From Octopus bimaculoides (lineage: Eukaryota), in the NCBI RefSeq assembly GCF_001194135.2, contig NC_068998.1, forward strand, positions 24,917,765 to 24,977,371: a DNA stretch of 59,607 bases, in the 5' to 3' direction. The position numbers and the translations under genes were made by a program. The notes under the pieces are model-generated. The model searched no databases and was not told where the DNA came from. It saw only the letters and a program-made list of their open reading frames with translations. Positions within the stretch are counted from its first letter, which is position 1; every line of letters begins with the position of its first letter. Positions 24,678 through 37,839 of this stretch are shown piece after piece.

Positions 24678-25179
24678 CATACATATATATGTATATATAT
24701 GCATGTATGTATTTATGTACACACATTTGTACTAACAAACACATGTGCATACAACACAGCGGGAAATGTTCAATTTGAATTGTAGTCCTCTATGTTAACG
24801 TTAACCTGTCTTTCGTGCCTTACAAATGTCATGTTATATACTGATGCAAATATAATTTAGTGTAATCAGCAAACTCGCTGACACATAGTTTAAGGAGCTG
24901 ATCAAATTACAATTAACTCTCTGACCGATTTTGCTGTCGTATTTCAGGAACCATGGAATGAAGCTCGTTTTCATTATGACCATTGATGAAAGAACGATAT
25001 AATTCAGTAATAGCAATCTCAATGATAATGATTTCAAAATTCGGCACAAGACCAGAAATTTCGGGAGAATGGGTAAGGCGATTACCTCAACATCAGTGTT
25101 CAACTGGTACTTACTTTATCGCTCCCGAAAGGATGAAATACTAACTACCTGCTCGCCGTCATGTATAATAATAATAATC

Positions 25180-25393
25180 TTTTCTACTATAGGCGCAAGG
25201 CTTGACATTTTTGGGGAAGAGATTAGTCGATTACATCGATCCCCAGTGCGTAACTGGTACTTATTTCATCGACACCGAAAGAATGAAAGGCAAAGTCGAC
25301 CTTGCCGGAATTTGAATTCAGAACGTAGCGCCAGCTGAAATACTTCTAAGCATTTCGTCCAGTGTGCTAACGGTTCTGCCAGTTCACCGCCTT
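25180..25393 (-). mobile_element. SINE family B, near full-length; a partial copy lies at ~25058-25140
   Basis: Head, central GTCGACTTTGCCTTTCATTCTTTCGGTGTCGATGAAATAAGTACCAGTT and tail ...CCTTGCGCCTATAGTAGAAA. Confidence 0.88.
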
Positions 25394-25462
25394 TAAGAGG
25401 AATTGTCTGATGTACGAGGGTACGTTGCACAGAGACGGTCTAAGAAACACGCCCACACGATC

Positions 25463-25466
<4 letters not shown>

Positions 25467-25505
<39 letters not shown>

Positions 25506-26165
25506 TAATAATCATTCTTTTATTGGCCATGTGCTCTGCACACAAAACCTGAGGACAATGCATCACAGAGGTCAGTGGAGATTTACATATATTGAGTGTA
25601 ATGAGTAAAAGAACAATAAAAATTAAAAATTAAAAATTAAAATTCGATCAAGAAAATTCCCCCAAACAGGTGAGGATGCTCCACCCAGGGGCAATCAAAG
25701 ACCCCAACGCATCCTGAGTTCCCCGCATGTCAAGGGCAACTTGAACGATCACCACACTCTTCTCCGTTAAATGTGGCCTGCTGATGCATGTTCACAGGAA
25801 GTTCATTCATAGGGACTATCCTCGCCAGGTCTACCCACCTTTCAGCCAAATTACTGGTGTGTGTGTGTGGGGGGGGGGTTTCCTTTCCCCATTCATCTTA
25901 TATTTTTCAAGTGGATCTTGGAAAAGAGAGTTGAAGCCTTGGCCGAAGAGGAAGGTGTCTGTCTTGTAGAGTTTGTTTCGAGCAGGAAGAAACCTTCTGT
26001 AGCACTGTCAGACCAGGAACTTCTGGAAATTATCCATAGGCCCCGGGCACAAAGTTCTGCGGAAAAGGCCAGGCAACTGATGTCTCCTGATCGCCTGAGA
26101 TTGTCACCGCTCTTCCTCGGCACTAATCCAGTTTTGCAGTCGTAGCTGTTGCCATTTGTGAATTA
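25467..26165 (-). mobile_element. CRE-like (RLE-bearing) non-LTR retrotransposon 3' fragment with an (ATT)n tail
   Basis: GC-rich decayed ORF ending AGNSGCVGVFD, resembling the 'xqrGNaacv' terminus of CRE-type RLE domains. A 3' UTR ends GGCCAATAAAAG followed by (ATT)n at 25467-25512. Confidence 0.5.
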
Positions 26166-26747
26166 CAAATACTAACAATGATTCCGTTCTTCTCCATACA
26201 AGAGCAGCATCATTATCGTTCTTGGTTACAGACATACCTTCAACGACACTTTCTTTCTTCCATAATGCTAAGCTCCATCCCATTTTTCATGAAACTACGT
26301 AAAAGATACCCCGCCAATACTAAAAGGTTTAGCAATAGCGGTAATTTAAATCTCATTACCAATCACTTGTTTGCCAAGGCTGATTTTGCGCTGGTCTTTC
26401 ACGTTCAACGTCGATGCCTACTTTTCATACAGCAGCAAGATCCTTAAAATTCATTGTCCCATAGACGTTAGGGTAGCAGATTTAACCTGGGAGAGACTCG
26501 CAATCCTAGGTATTCCAACACGAAAAGTAGAACTCAGGCTTGTAATATAACAAAAGCTTCATTGTGCGTTTAATACATTTAGCTCCGTCTTTTAATATTT
26601 TTAGTTAATTAAACGGAACAGTTTGAAAACTATTTATCCAATGATTCAGTGAGAAACAGCAATGGAGATTATAAAACTTGTCGAACTCTTTGATTATAAT
26701 AAGTTTGGAAAGTCGTAGTAAACTATTAGTAAATATACATCCGAAGT

Positions 26748-26965
26748 AAAGCGGTGACCGAGCTGACTGGTTAGCACTCTGAACAAAATGCGTAGCCACA
26801 TTTCGTTCGTCATTACGTTCTGAGTTCAAACTCCACCAAGGTCGATGCTACTTGTCGTCATTTAGGTGTCTATAAAATAGGTGCCAGTTAAGTCCTGGGG
26901 TAGATGTAACCTACTTTCTCCCCTCCTCGAAATTGCTGCATTTTTTTGGAAAAATTTGAAACCTT
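26748..26965 (+). mobile_element. SINE family B, diverged
   Basis: GTTAGCAC...CATTTCGTTCGTCATTACGTTCTGAGTTCAAACTCC...GGTCGA...GGGGTAGATGTAA. Confidence 0.8.
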
Positions 26966-27797
26966 GTAGAAATAATTATAACTGAAGCTTCTGCAACAGA
27001 AAACTCAAGTAAAAATAATATATTTTTGAAATATCTGGAAAGAATTTTGAGTCAGAAAGTAATTTTGTTTCTGTATTATATTTAACAATACAGTAAATTA
27101 GTCGATTATATTATTATGTTAGCATATATTTTCTAAACGTATTCTATAGTTTGATAACCCAAATACAGGAAATCAAAGGGAAAAATGATCGAAAAGAAGT
27201 ATTTGTGCACGACACTGTGGCCAAGCAAAGTAACTACATGTGACATTCACTAAACAGTTCAAGTCATATTTAGTATATATATATTTCTCTTTTATTTGAA
27301 GTTCATTTAATTTGCTAATTCAAACAGAAAAAATTATGATTTCAAAGAAAATTTTTGGGTGTATAATTTGAATGAATGAAATTAAACAAAAATATAATAC
27401 AAATGAAAGTGGAATTTTCATAGTAATCCCAAACTGTAAAGCTTCTACATGACTACTCACATAAATCTGTTAAAGGCTTAAATCCCGCCCATGAATAAAT
27501 CATATCATAGTGAATGAACATTGGTTTTGTTTCGTATGAGAATAACTCAATCAGCTTCTTTAACCATGGACATTAGATTTCCTTTTTAGTGATCTGTATG
27601 AATAAGACAACAGATTCTTTTTCTTCTATCTATATTTCACTTCTAAGAATGGAGAAATGCAGATAAAGTTGCCATATTTGTCATTCCTACAGTGGCATAC
27701 AAATTCACTGCTGTTAATGCAACTTCGCAACATAGGCTGCTTTGATTCATATACGCTTATTTAAAACTCAAGCTTCAGGAAATTGCTCGTAACAATA

Positions 27798-27800
<3 letters not shown>

Positions 27801-27878
<78 letters not shown>

Positions 27879-27909
27879 TACAAACAGACAAACAGACAGA
27901 CAGACAGAC

Positions 27910-27964
<55 letters not shown>

Positions 27965-27966
27965 CA
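27801..27966. repeat. Compound microsatellite (AT)n(AG)n(GACA)n(GATA)n
   Basis: Seen directly. Confidence 0.95.
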
Positions 27967-29703
27967 GATGCAATTATTGGTGAATATACTAAACGATTCA
28001 AGCCATGATGACTTCGGTAGCGTCTGTAATGAAACCCATTATATGGCAGTTTTCGAAATTATAATTCTGCATTCAACTGCCTAATGATAGGGAATGACAA
28101 GCGGTCATCTTCTGCTTAATCCATTTCCTCTTGCTGGAAAATTAGCAGTTTTTCATAATGGACGTTAACGACTCTCTTAAAAGCTAGAATTAAACTAAAT
28201 TTTAATTGCCTGCGAACAATATCTTACCAATTTAACCACCACACTTTTATCTCATTGGAAATTCTAATGATAATTTCTCGTCCCATTATTTAAAAAAAAA
28301 TTGTTAAAACCGTCTTTGTGATTGTCACTACTATAATAACAGTCGTGACAATTTAAGTAATAATAACATCTAATATCGCTATGTTCATGACATTTCATTA
28401 ATAATACCTGTTGAATGCGATATTGGTTCTGAGAGGGGTGTATTTGCCATTATGAGGTCATGCCATCTAGACCCGTTCAGTTTGATGTTAAACTAACACA
28501 AGAGATATCCATGTTTCGATGCCAGAGTCAACGATAAGAGGTTTCGCCTTGCCTTTGATCTGTGCGACAACTTCAGTGTGATTGAAACGGTTATAATTAG
28601 TACATTGATAAGAAATGCATTATCGTAGATTATGACACTCCCAACTAGATGGATGCAAATAAAATATTATCTTTGAAAATACTTGCCAAAATTACGTTGG
28701 TAGGCATGATGTATAACGAGGCTTATCGAACATAACTTGTTTTTCTTCTTCTCTCATATATTTCATATTATATAATTTAAATTGTAATACCAACGAATAT
28801 TCAGACGTATAGCATAAATGACTCATATCTCTTGATCTGTACTAAGCATGCAATTCGGATTCCTTAATCATCATTAAAAAAAACAAATGTAGGTATTATT
28901 AACGCTGTACCACAGATTACAGAATATCATACACACATGTAAACAAGCAAAAGAAATAAATTCAAACATCAAAGGTTTTCTGTTCTGATCCGCAATCACA
29001 AGCAATGATTTGGAAACATCTCACCAATGGCGTAATATTTTGTTATTCTAGAAACATTTGAAGCGAATTTGTTACATCGTGCTACATATTAATTCAGATC
29101 TATACAGCATTTACATAATGTCTACATACTCAGCCATTCACTGGAGTAGAAGGCGTCAGATAAAATGTTTGTGGTGACAGATTCCTCTCTCGGCACTTTA
29201 AGTTCAAATCGCATAACATACTCCATATGGAGTTGATTCATCTTTTCTTCTCCCGCAATTTTTAATCTCTAGACGAAATCATGTATTAAATGCCCGGGAC
29301 GCATCTTCATTAGTAACTAAGAAAGAATCTTCTTGACTTCTAATTATTCAATCACCCTAAACAATAAATGACACGAAATATGTTGTTGTCTTAGCACAAG
29401 GTAAGCACTGCACTAAGAAACTACTCATATGTAACAGACGGATCAGTTGTAACTTACACGTAAATAAAAAAAACATCATACAACAACATATGTCATAAGA
29501 CAATTACTAATAAATAATAATCAAACTACATTTTACTCAGCGCATGCTACTTTTTGTCATATCTGCAATAATTCCTGCTTATATGTACTCCGAAACTGTA
29601 CACCACCTGATTCTACAGCTTCATTTTATTCATCAAGTTTTTCCTTCAGATTTTTGTTAGGTCTTAATGCATACGGAAAAACCAAATCCTATATTAGGAC
29701 AAT

Positions 29704-30538
29704 CAGATTAGTCTGTTGGAGCTGAAGATGACTTGAATGGGAAAATCGGTTGAATCAGAGCCCAAGATATTAACCGAACGCATAAAGTTAGCTCTCTAAT
29801 ATCCATGATACCAAGGTTCTGGCACTTCAATGTGGTACTTATTTTATCTATAGGCAGCATTTAAGATTAATATCAACCACATCAAATTCACTAAATGCAG
29901 GCGTGCTTGCAAACTTATGGTTGTGGTCATTGAACTTTCACTCAGCTCAAATTTAAGAAATTATTGTCAAAATAAATAGCATTTATCAAACAATGATCTA
30001 AAATAACACTTATGTAAATAAAATGTTTCTTGTGTATATTAAGAAAACCAATCCCAACTAACTACCAACTATGTAGCACCTTTGACTGCCTGCGCCTGCC
30101 TGCGCCTGCAACGATGTGTATATCAGAGAAATTATGATGCACTGCAAAATATTCTATGTCCAAGATACGTTACCAGTAATCACGTATGGATGCAGTTCTT
30201 AAGGGAAGGCAGCTTTGTGTTTCTAAAACATGAATAAAAAAGAAACAAATCATGGATAAATTTAGCAATGACACAGAATAAACTAATGATGGTCTGTACA
30301 GTACAAAAAATGGTTCTCGACAATCTTGTAATGGAAGCCAAATCTCAACAAAATTACAACGAATTCCCTTAAGAACGAAGGAAAGACTGGATATTATATG
30401 CACTGATATCATCTCTGAATAAAAAGAAGTGAACCAATGCATGAATAACTTAGATCAACAAATCAACTCCACTCTGACATGCAGATTAGTCTGTTGCAGT
30501 TGAAGATGACTTCGATGGGAAAATCGGTTGAATCAGAG
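29704..30538. repeat. 57-bp dispersed direct repeat at 29704-29760 and 30482-30538 (4 mismatches)
   Basis: CAGATTAGTCTGTTG(G/C)AG(C/T)TGAAGATGACTT(GA/CG)ATGGGAAAATCGGTTGAATCAGAG. Confidence 0.9.
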
Positions 30539-30786
30539 GTATAAATACACAAGAAAAAACGTGAAGTAATCTATATTAATGGAGCAACTTCGTTATTCGT
30601 AGAGAAATTAAAATATGATTGATTGCATTCCAGCTGAGATGGATATACATATTTTGTACATCTAGGAGTAGGTTTTCCAATTGGTCCTTTTTAATCAGAG
30701 ATTAGTTATCGTTATAGGAAATATTAGATGTAAACAATGGAACACGGGTATCATTTCAAACGGACCGAAATTTGATTCAAGATTGA

Positions 30787-30998
30787 TTTCCAAATTTAGC
30801 ACAAGGCCAGCAATTTCGGGGAGGGGTAAGTCGATTGCATTGACCCCCAGTACTCTACTTGTACTTATTATATCGACTCCTGAAATGAGGAAAGGCAAAG
30901 TCGACATCGGCGGAATTTGAACTCAGAACGTTAGGACAGACGAAATGCTGCTAAATATTTTGTCAGGCGTCCAAATAATTCTGCCAGTTCGCAGCCTT
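30787..30998 (-). mobile_element. SINE family B
   Basis: GGAAAGGCAAAGTCGACATCGGCGGAATTTGAACTCAGAACG...CTGCCAGTTCGC. Confidence 0.85.
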
Positions 30999-31869
30999 AA
31001 TTTGATTCAATCTTACTTCGTTATAAATACTGACGTTTCATGTCGATGAGTCTTGTTTACGTTGATATTTTGCACGAGGATGCTTCAGGGTAAGGATAAA
31101 GCAGTCTATAATAAAGGGCTAGGTACATCTCGTAACATCTTTTTGTCTGTTGTACTTACATGTAACCTATTACACTAGTAGTGTTTTGTGAGATTCAAAT
31201 CAGATGCAATGTCAGGAAATAAACAAGTGTAAAAATAATATTGATGAAGAACAAATTAAAATATCCAATTAGTTTAGTACAACAAACACGGGAAAATAAA
31301 AAAAAAGGGTTCTAAATCAAATGTTTTTAATGAAGTGTACGCTAGCGCAGCATAAATGTTGACAGTCATATTGATACTACGTCTTTTAACTAAAAATTAC
31401 ATCAAATAAATATATAATCTCCATTTAAAAATCAGTAAAATGTAAAATGTTCTTCACCGTAAATACTCGATACGTGCTAGAATCATTACAAAATATTGTT
31501 CTCTTAGATGAAAAGTGAATATATCGATTTTAAATCAGAAATGAATGACAATATTTCTGTTCTAAAATATTAACATTTTATAACAAATATTAATTATATT
31601 AGCGCAAAAAAACAAAATTCGTAATACAAAATGAACATTAAAGGAAGTTGCATGAGAATTGCGTTGCACATTTGATGACGTGGCCAGATGTTTTTCACTC
31701 TTACAAACCCGCGTAACACCTGATTTTAAAAGGCACATCGCTAGTTATGTGTGTGTGTGTTTGTGTGTGTGAGAGTGTGTGTGTGTAAGTGCGTGTGCAC
31801 ATATGTATTTATACATATATAAATACATAGATTTACTTACCACTCCTCTATACATTATGTGTCTTTTAG

Positions 31870-32070
31870 TCATTAGACAGTGTTGCCATAGCATCTGAAA
31901 GAAGTTTTGTCGAACGAATCGGACCCAATGCTTATTCTCTAAATCTGACATATACACCAACTTTCTCCATAGCCGAACCGCTAAGTTACGGAGACGTAAA
32001 CATAGAACGCTGAGTCTCAAGTATTGGTGGAAAACAAACAGTTGTACACGCACAAACGCACGCACACACC
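31870..32070 (-). mobile_element. SINE family A, 3' part, diverged
   Basis: GCCGAACCGCTAAGTTACGGAGACGTAAAC matches 43840-43868. Confidence 0.65.
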
Positions 32071-32229
32071 GAGATAAATTTATACATGTATATTTAAAAA
32101 TATATATATGTTGTGTGTGTGGTTATTTGGCGAAAAAAAAAAGATCATCCCGAAATACAAAAATATCTGTTTTAACACACGATTTCCCATCAAGCATCTT
32201 GCAAAACGAATTGATATATATTCTTTCTT

Positions 32230-32277
<48 letters not shown>

Positions 32278-32416
32278 GCATATATACATACACACAGACA
32301 GACACACACNNNNNNNNNNNNNNNNNNNNNNNNNNNNNNNNNNNNNNNNNNNNNNNNNNNNNNNNNNNNNNNNNNNNNNNNNNNNNNNNNNNNNNNNNNN
32401 NNNNNNNNNNNNNNNN

Positions 32417-32496
<80 letters not shown>

Positions 32497-33682
32497 CTAA
32501 TGAGAAGTACCTACATTACTGACGCACATACCCATTTCCTCATATTAATTCAGGCATGTTTTTTTTTCACTCTTGTAACTTTTGAGGTATTAAATTCTAA
32601 GGCCTAGCCATATATAGATATATAACATTGGTCAATGTGCATCGGTAAATATCGTTGATCTGGTTGCTGAGATGATGGGTGATCTGCATATATGTTGCTA
32701 TTTGGCTGTATCATATTCATTCGTTAAAATATAAACCCTAAACGGAAAACAATATCTTCTTAACGTTTAAGCGGAATATTAACTAGTAGATAATTTTAGG
32801 ACAAAAGTATAGATTGATAGTTTTCCAACAAACCGAAGAAGTGGTTATGAAGGTTACAAATATCATTAGTAAGAAAATTGTCTTGGTATGCAGTAACTGT
32901 TCAGAATTGCTGATAGCTGGATTTACTGCAGGATCCTTTGTTATAATCTGAACAGAAAGCCTTTTCTCTTGGAAGCAGAACTAAACTGAATTTTTTCAAC
33001 TAACTCTAATACACATGAAATACTCAAATATGAGCATACTATGTGGAAGGAAACTGAATTGAGCCATGGATATTCATTATAACTTAAGTAGCTCACTCTT
33101 TTTAATTGATTTAAGCGAAATCCATTACCTTTGAAATGTAAAATTATTCTCTAATTATATTAAGGAATTGCACGGAAAGGAGCCGTTTCATTCAGAGATG
33201 TTTATTTTGTACCAGAAATATGGTAATACAATAGAAGCGATCAGCTCATAAACCTGCAATGGAGAATTCATTATGGGATTTGTTTCACTTTCTACTTTCC
33301 ATGAATGCCAGAGAATATACATGACATAATTGGTACCTTGGGAAATAGATTATGAACTACTGGAGGAATTTTATGATATGGACCCAGATGCTATTTAATA
33401 TGAACAGGTTCCAAATTAAATAAATTGAATTAAATCTGAAGACAACTTACGTAGAAGAATGTATTCTGTATATGATATCGTTATTCCTATTTAACTGTAT
33501 AATGAAAATATACTGCAGCTTAAATACCTAGTAGCGTTTAAACGAACGTATTTTTAGAACATTACACAAAGTTAAATTGTACAAAGAGTAGAGAAGTGAC
33601 ATGGAATGTGTTATTCGTATATAATATAATCAACTTATTATGCGAGTTGGGAGAATCGCTACACAGGAAAAAAAAAAAGAAA

Positions 33683-33850
33683 TAGTGGCATCTTGTCCGT
33701 CTACATTCTGAGTTCTAATTCTGCTGTGGTTGACTGTGCGTTTCATCATTCCGGAGTCGATAATATAAATAACAGTCGAGCTCTGTGATTAACGCAATCG
33801 ATTTACCCTCTACGCTGAACTTGCTGGCCTTGTGTCAAAATTTGAAAGCA
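33683..33850 (+). mobile_element. SINE family B, diverged and lacking the head
   Basis: CATTCTGAGTTCTAATTC...TTTCATCATTCCGGAGTCGATAA...GCTGGCCTTGTGTCAAAATTTGAAA. Confidence 0.7.
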
Positions 33851-34859
33851 ATATAATCAACTTATGTTCATCTTTGAATTGTTTTGTTTCAAAATGTCCC
33901 AATATAGTCGAAATTGTGAACTCATTTCTGTAATATGATAATGTAATTAAGATGATAAATTATGAAATATATACGGTTGATGAGTGACACGCTATCAACA
34001 GATATACGTTGGTAAAAATATATGAAAGTTACTTTATATTTTAAATTGAATTGCTTGCCTATCTACATTTATCTAATCAACTCACTCCGTAAATTTAATT
34101 CCAGAAATAAATCAATCTTTCACTTCTTCAAACGATTGAAAACTGAAGCCACTGGCGTAGAATTGGATTTAGTTAATCAATAAATTACTTTTATACAGTG
34201 TTACTAAACAGACGAGGCAAGTTTAAATTAATAACGAAATATTTATCTCGGTTTCCTTTCGAATAATTTTATATTTTAAGAAAGCGAAAAATATTGTTAT
34301 GTCAATATATATTAAAATGCATAGGCAATTGTAAAAAATACAATTACACACGAATGGAGTGTAAGTAAGTGTTCTGAGCAGTCATAACAGGAATATTGTA
34401 TTATTACGAAAGCTAGGCAAGAATATATCTATAAACAACTATCTGAAAATAGCACAAATATTAATTCTATCGAAATGCAGATGAATTTTCATAATGTAAC
34501 GTATTCAGGGAGACATGCTAATAAACTAAGGTTTGCAAAACTCAAAATCCAGCAGGTATTCTGTTAAACTACTATTGTTTTTAATAAATAATGTATTAAT
34601 CAATGGGGAATTTTAGATTCTAGTCTCATCATTTGAAAATACACGACGACAGTCTTATCGTAACATTTCTATGTAGTTTAGGTAAAAATACATGACGATA
34701 TGCTTTTTTAATATCTTCAGGCCTATTTTAAGTTTCTCCTTACGCTTCCGAGTTTACTATATCTTCATATAAATATATATCGTAGCGAGTTCATACAACG
34801 AAAATGACAATAAAATTTCCACGGTGGTTAGTTTTCCGTTCGAGACTGTATGATTACTA

Positions 34860-34860
34860 C

Positions 34861-34898
<38 letters not shown>

Positions 34899-34934
34899 TT
34901 ATCTATTTATATACATATCTACCTATAAATCAAT

Positions 34935-34983
<49 letters not shown>
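34860..34983. repeat. (TATC)n and (AT)n microsatellites
   Basis: Seen directly. Confidence 0.9.
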
Positions 34984-34986
<3 letters not shown>

Positions 34987-35599
34987 CGTGATCGTAATTG
35001 TTTATTTTTCAAATAAACACACGCACTATACATTCTTCTTCACTCCTTTATTCCTGTTCTTATTTTATTATGTTAATTGATGTCCATTGTCCGCAAATCT
35101 TTCGTCACACATCTGTGACCTTTTCAGTGACTCTTTTCGTTTTCATTTGTGTTCTTGCTCCACTTTTCCATTCGAAGATGTGTATCCTTATATTTGCATG
35201 CGTTTGTGTCCTTGTTTGAGTTTGTGTGTCCGCGCGTATATATGCTTGTGTGCTTGTCATATTCATTAGCACACTGTGGCCTTCCTCTCAGTCCCATCCT
35301 CTCACATCATTCTACTGCTGCTCTCCTAAGACCCTATAACAAATATTACAGTTCCTGTATTGTTCTGTGCATGTGTTTCCCCACGGTGTTGCAATCGTGG
35401 TAGTTGTTATTGCCATCGTTATCACCACTGCTGCTGCTGACGTTGTTAGTTGTGTTATTGACATTGTGTGTGTTTGTGTGTGTGCATGTGTTCGCTTCGT
35501 ATGTTGTACTATGCGATACTCTTTATATAGGTGTTTTTATTAATTTTATTTTATCTATCACTATGTCTTATATATGACAGATGTATTTATATATTTATT

Positions 35600-35765
35600 A
35601 TTTATATATTTATATATTCATACGTGACAGATATATTTATATATTTGTCTATTTATATATTTATATATTCATACGTGACAGATATATTTATATATTTGTC
35701 TATTTATATATTTATATATTCATACGTGACAGATATATTTATATATTTGTCTATTTATATATTTA
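35600..35765. repeat. 51-bp minisatellite, 3 exact copies
   Basis: TACGTGACAG recurs at 35621, 35672 and 35723 with identical intervening sequence. Confidence 0.92.
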
Positions 35766-35946
35766 TTTACTTTTTATTTTGTTTTTATACATCTATCTCT
35801 GGAGGAGATGTCCTCCTGAGGCTAAAAGCAACAGTAACATCCACCCCTAGGGGTCAGCCACATTTAAGTGGCAATATACTTCACTTTATCGTGCAGTTAC
35901 TGTTAATACCTAATTTAGAGAATTAACATTGCTTGTNNNNNNNNNN

Positions 35947-35992
<46 letters not shown>

Positions 35993-37419
35993 GGTTGTCA
36001 AGTCCTTATGCAGAGTTTGACTACCTTTTGTACCTACACCTTAGGAACATCCATCATGGCATCTGATGTGGCTTTTTATATTACCAGTAGTTGATGTAAG
36101 TCAGCGTTTTCAAGTACTGTCAAAGTATATTCAAGCCTATGATGAAAAAACATCGCAGTAAATATAATTAATTATTGTGTCTACGGATTTATGCAAACCC
36201 GTACATATAATAATTAGCCTGGAGTGTTACGTGAAAATTTAGAAAAATAATCCCATAATAGTCTGAATATGCGTATGATATATTTTAGCTGATAACTATA
36301 TGGAGTAAAACATTCAGAAATCATTCAGAATGTATTCAAGTTCGTACGGCATCTTTTTATTCTGACAATATAGCCATTTCCCTATTCAAGGATTAAACAT
36401 AGAAATTTAAGTTGTTTCACTCAAATACAATACAACATCCATTTATACGATTCATTGTGGTTTTATATTAATTTTAATTTTAATGTTTCTTCGAATAATC
36501 ATTATCTATTATTATTCTACGTTGCAGAACAAATTAAAATGTACTCCCCTACACATGCTCAAATATCCTCGTTGCATAACAACGAAATTTTGTAAAACTA
36601 CTTTCAGGGTCTTAAGTTCCAAGTATTATATATATTTTTAGTATGATATTCATAAGCATTCTTTATTCTAAACCTTAGTTACCTATAATAGATTTATAAC
36701 ATAAAAGTAGCAGAACATCAAAATATTTTACTACAATTATGTCATTTATTTTCAGCTGTAGTTTTCTCATTTTTTATTGTGAATACGATATTATCAGCCT
36801 TACAACATTTTACTATGTTACTATTTTAACGACACTGAAAATTTTCCTGAGCCTCCACATTAGATAGCGTTATGTTTAATTGGGGTTTCTTCAAAATTTT
36901 CTTACTGCCTACAATGTAGAATTTTGAAATTATTTCAATTTTATTATTTTTAATTTATTTCCTGAATACTTTTATTTCAGCAATATTTGGATTTTATATA
37001 TATATATATATATATATATGAAGTATAAAGAAAGAAAACATTGTAGGGGTAGACGAATTTTTATTCATAATGTTGCAATATAATTCTCCAAATTGTTTAG
37101 GAATGTAATTAATTCCAAAGACAAAATCGAAAGACTCTTCTTGAAATAAAAATCAGATTATTCATCAGGAATTACATACTGATATGAATAATGACCAACA
37201 AAAATATACAAAGACCTTTCATAGCCTAGACGAGAACGAACAGAAAATCTCCACCTACAATGTTTCCTTTCCTTATATTTCATTTACTGTTTTTGCAAAT
37301 ACTGAATATATACTTTTTTATATAGAGTCTTTACTTGGACTGTAACGGCTGACTTGGATGTTTGACATCTCTTTGAAGGATTTCAGTCCTCACCTCTTAT
37401 ATATATATATATATATATA

Positions 37420-37775
37420 TATAAATTTAAATAAGGGTGAAAAATTGAGTATTAACTTAATTAATATCAATTTAAAAGCAGTGACCTAGCATATTGAAAA
37501 TTCTGAAGATTCAGAAAAATTACATTACATACATATAATATGGATAACCACTAAGTGGACATTCATTATGCTAGAAGAAGAACACCTATGGTCTGACCAC
37601 TAAGAAGAGAATGTTCTCAAGAAAATTCAGCAAACACCAGAACGTAAGCGAGCAAGACAAATGTAACGATACAAAATATATAGATTAATCACAGACCGGT
37701 TTCGTTGTTACCACTTACGTAATTGTCCGCAACTCTTCAGTGTGATCGTCTTAGTGGTCCCTTAGTGGTCATCCC
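37420..37775 (-). mobile_element. HHR-headed non-coding unit (~350 nt), retrozyme-like or Penelope pseudo-LTR-like
   Basis: Lies between (AT)n tracts, has no ORF and carries the HHR near its 5' end. ACCACTAAG occurs at ~37547 and ~37597 and twice in reverse at 37750-37770. Boundaries are approximate. Confidence 0.45.
37688..37746 (-). ncRNA. Minimal type I hammerhead ribozyme with an intact catalytic core
   Basis: Minus strand: ATCACA-CTGAAGA-GTTG-(22 nt)-CAAC-GAAA-C-CG-G-TC-TGTGAT. All core nucleotides are present, stems I and II pair, stem III is the palindrome ACCGGT, and the GUC cleavage site lies between 37694 and 37693. Confidence 0.82.
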
Positions 37776-37778
37776 TAT

Positions 37779-37829
<51 letters not shown>

Positions 37830-37839
37830 NNNNNNNNNN

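Noticed and set aside
28535-28585. Minus-strand CTGAAGT...CGAAAC motif
   Set aside because: The core is mismatched, the TTGTC/GGCAA helix is out of register and there is no stem I.
31025-31095. Minus-strand CTGAAGC...GAAACGTC hammerhead-like motif
   Set aside because: A9 is missing, and there is no convincing stem II or stem I pairing.
35600-35765. CRISPR-like array
   Set aside because: The units are identical end-to-end with no unique spacers, the context is eukaryotic and there are no cas genes.
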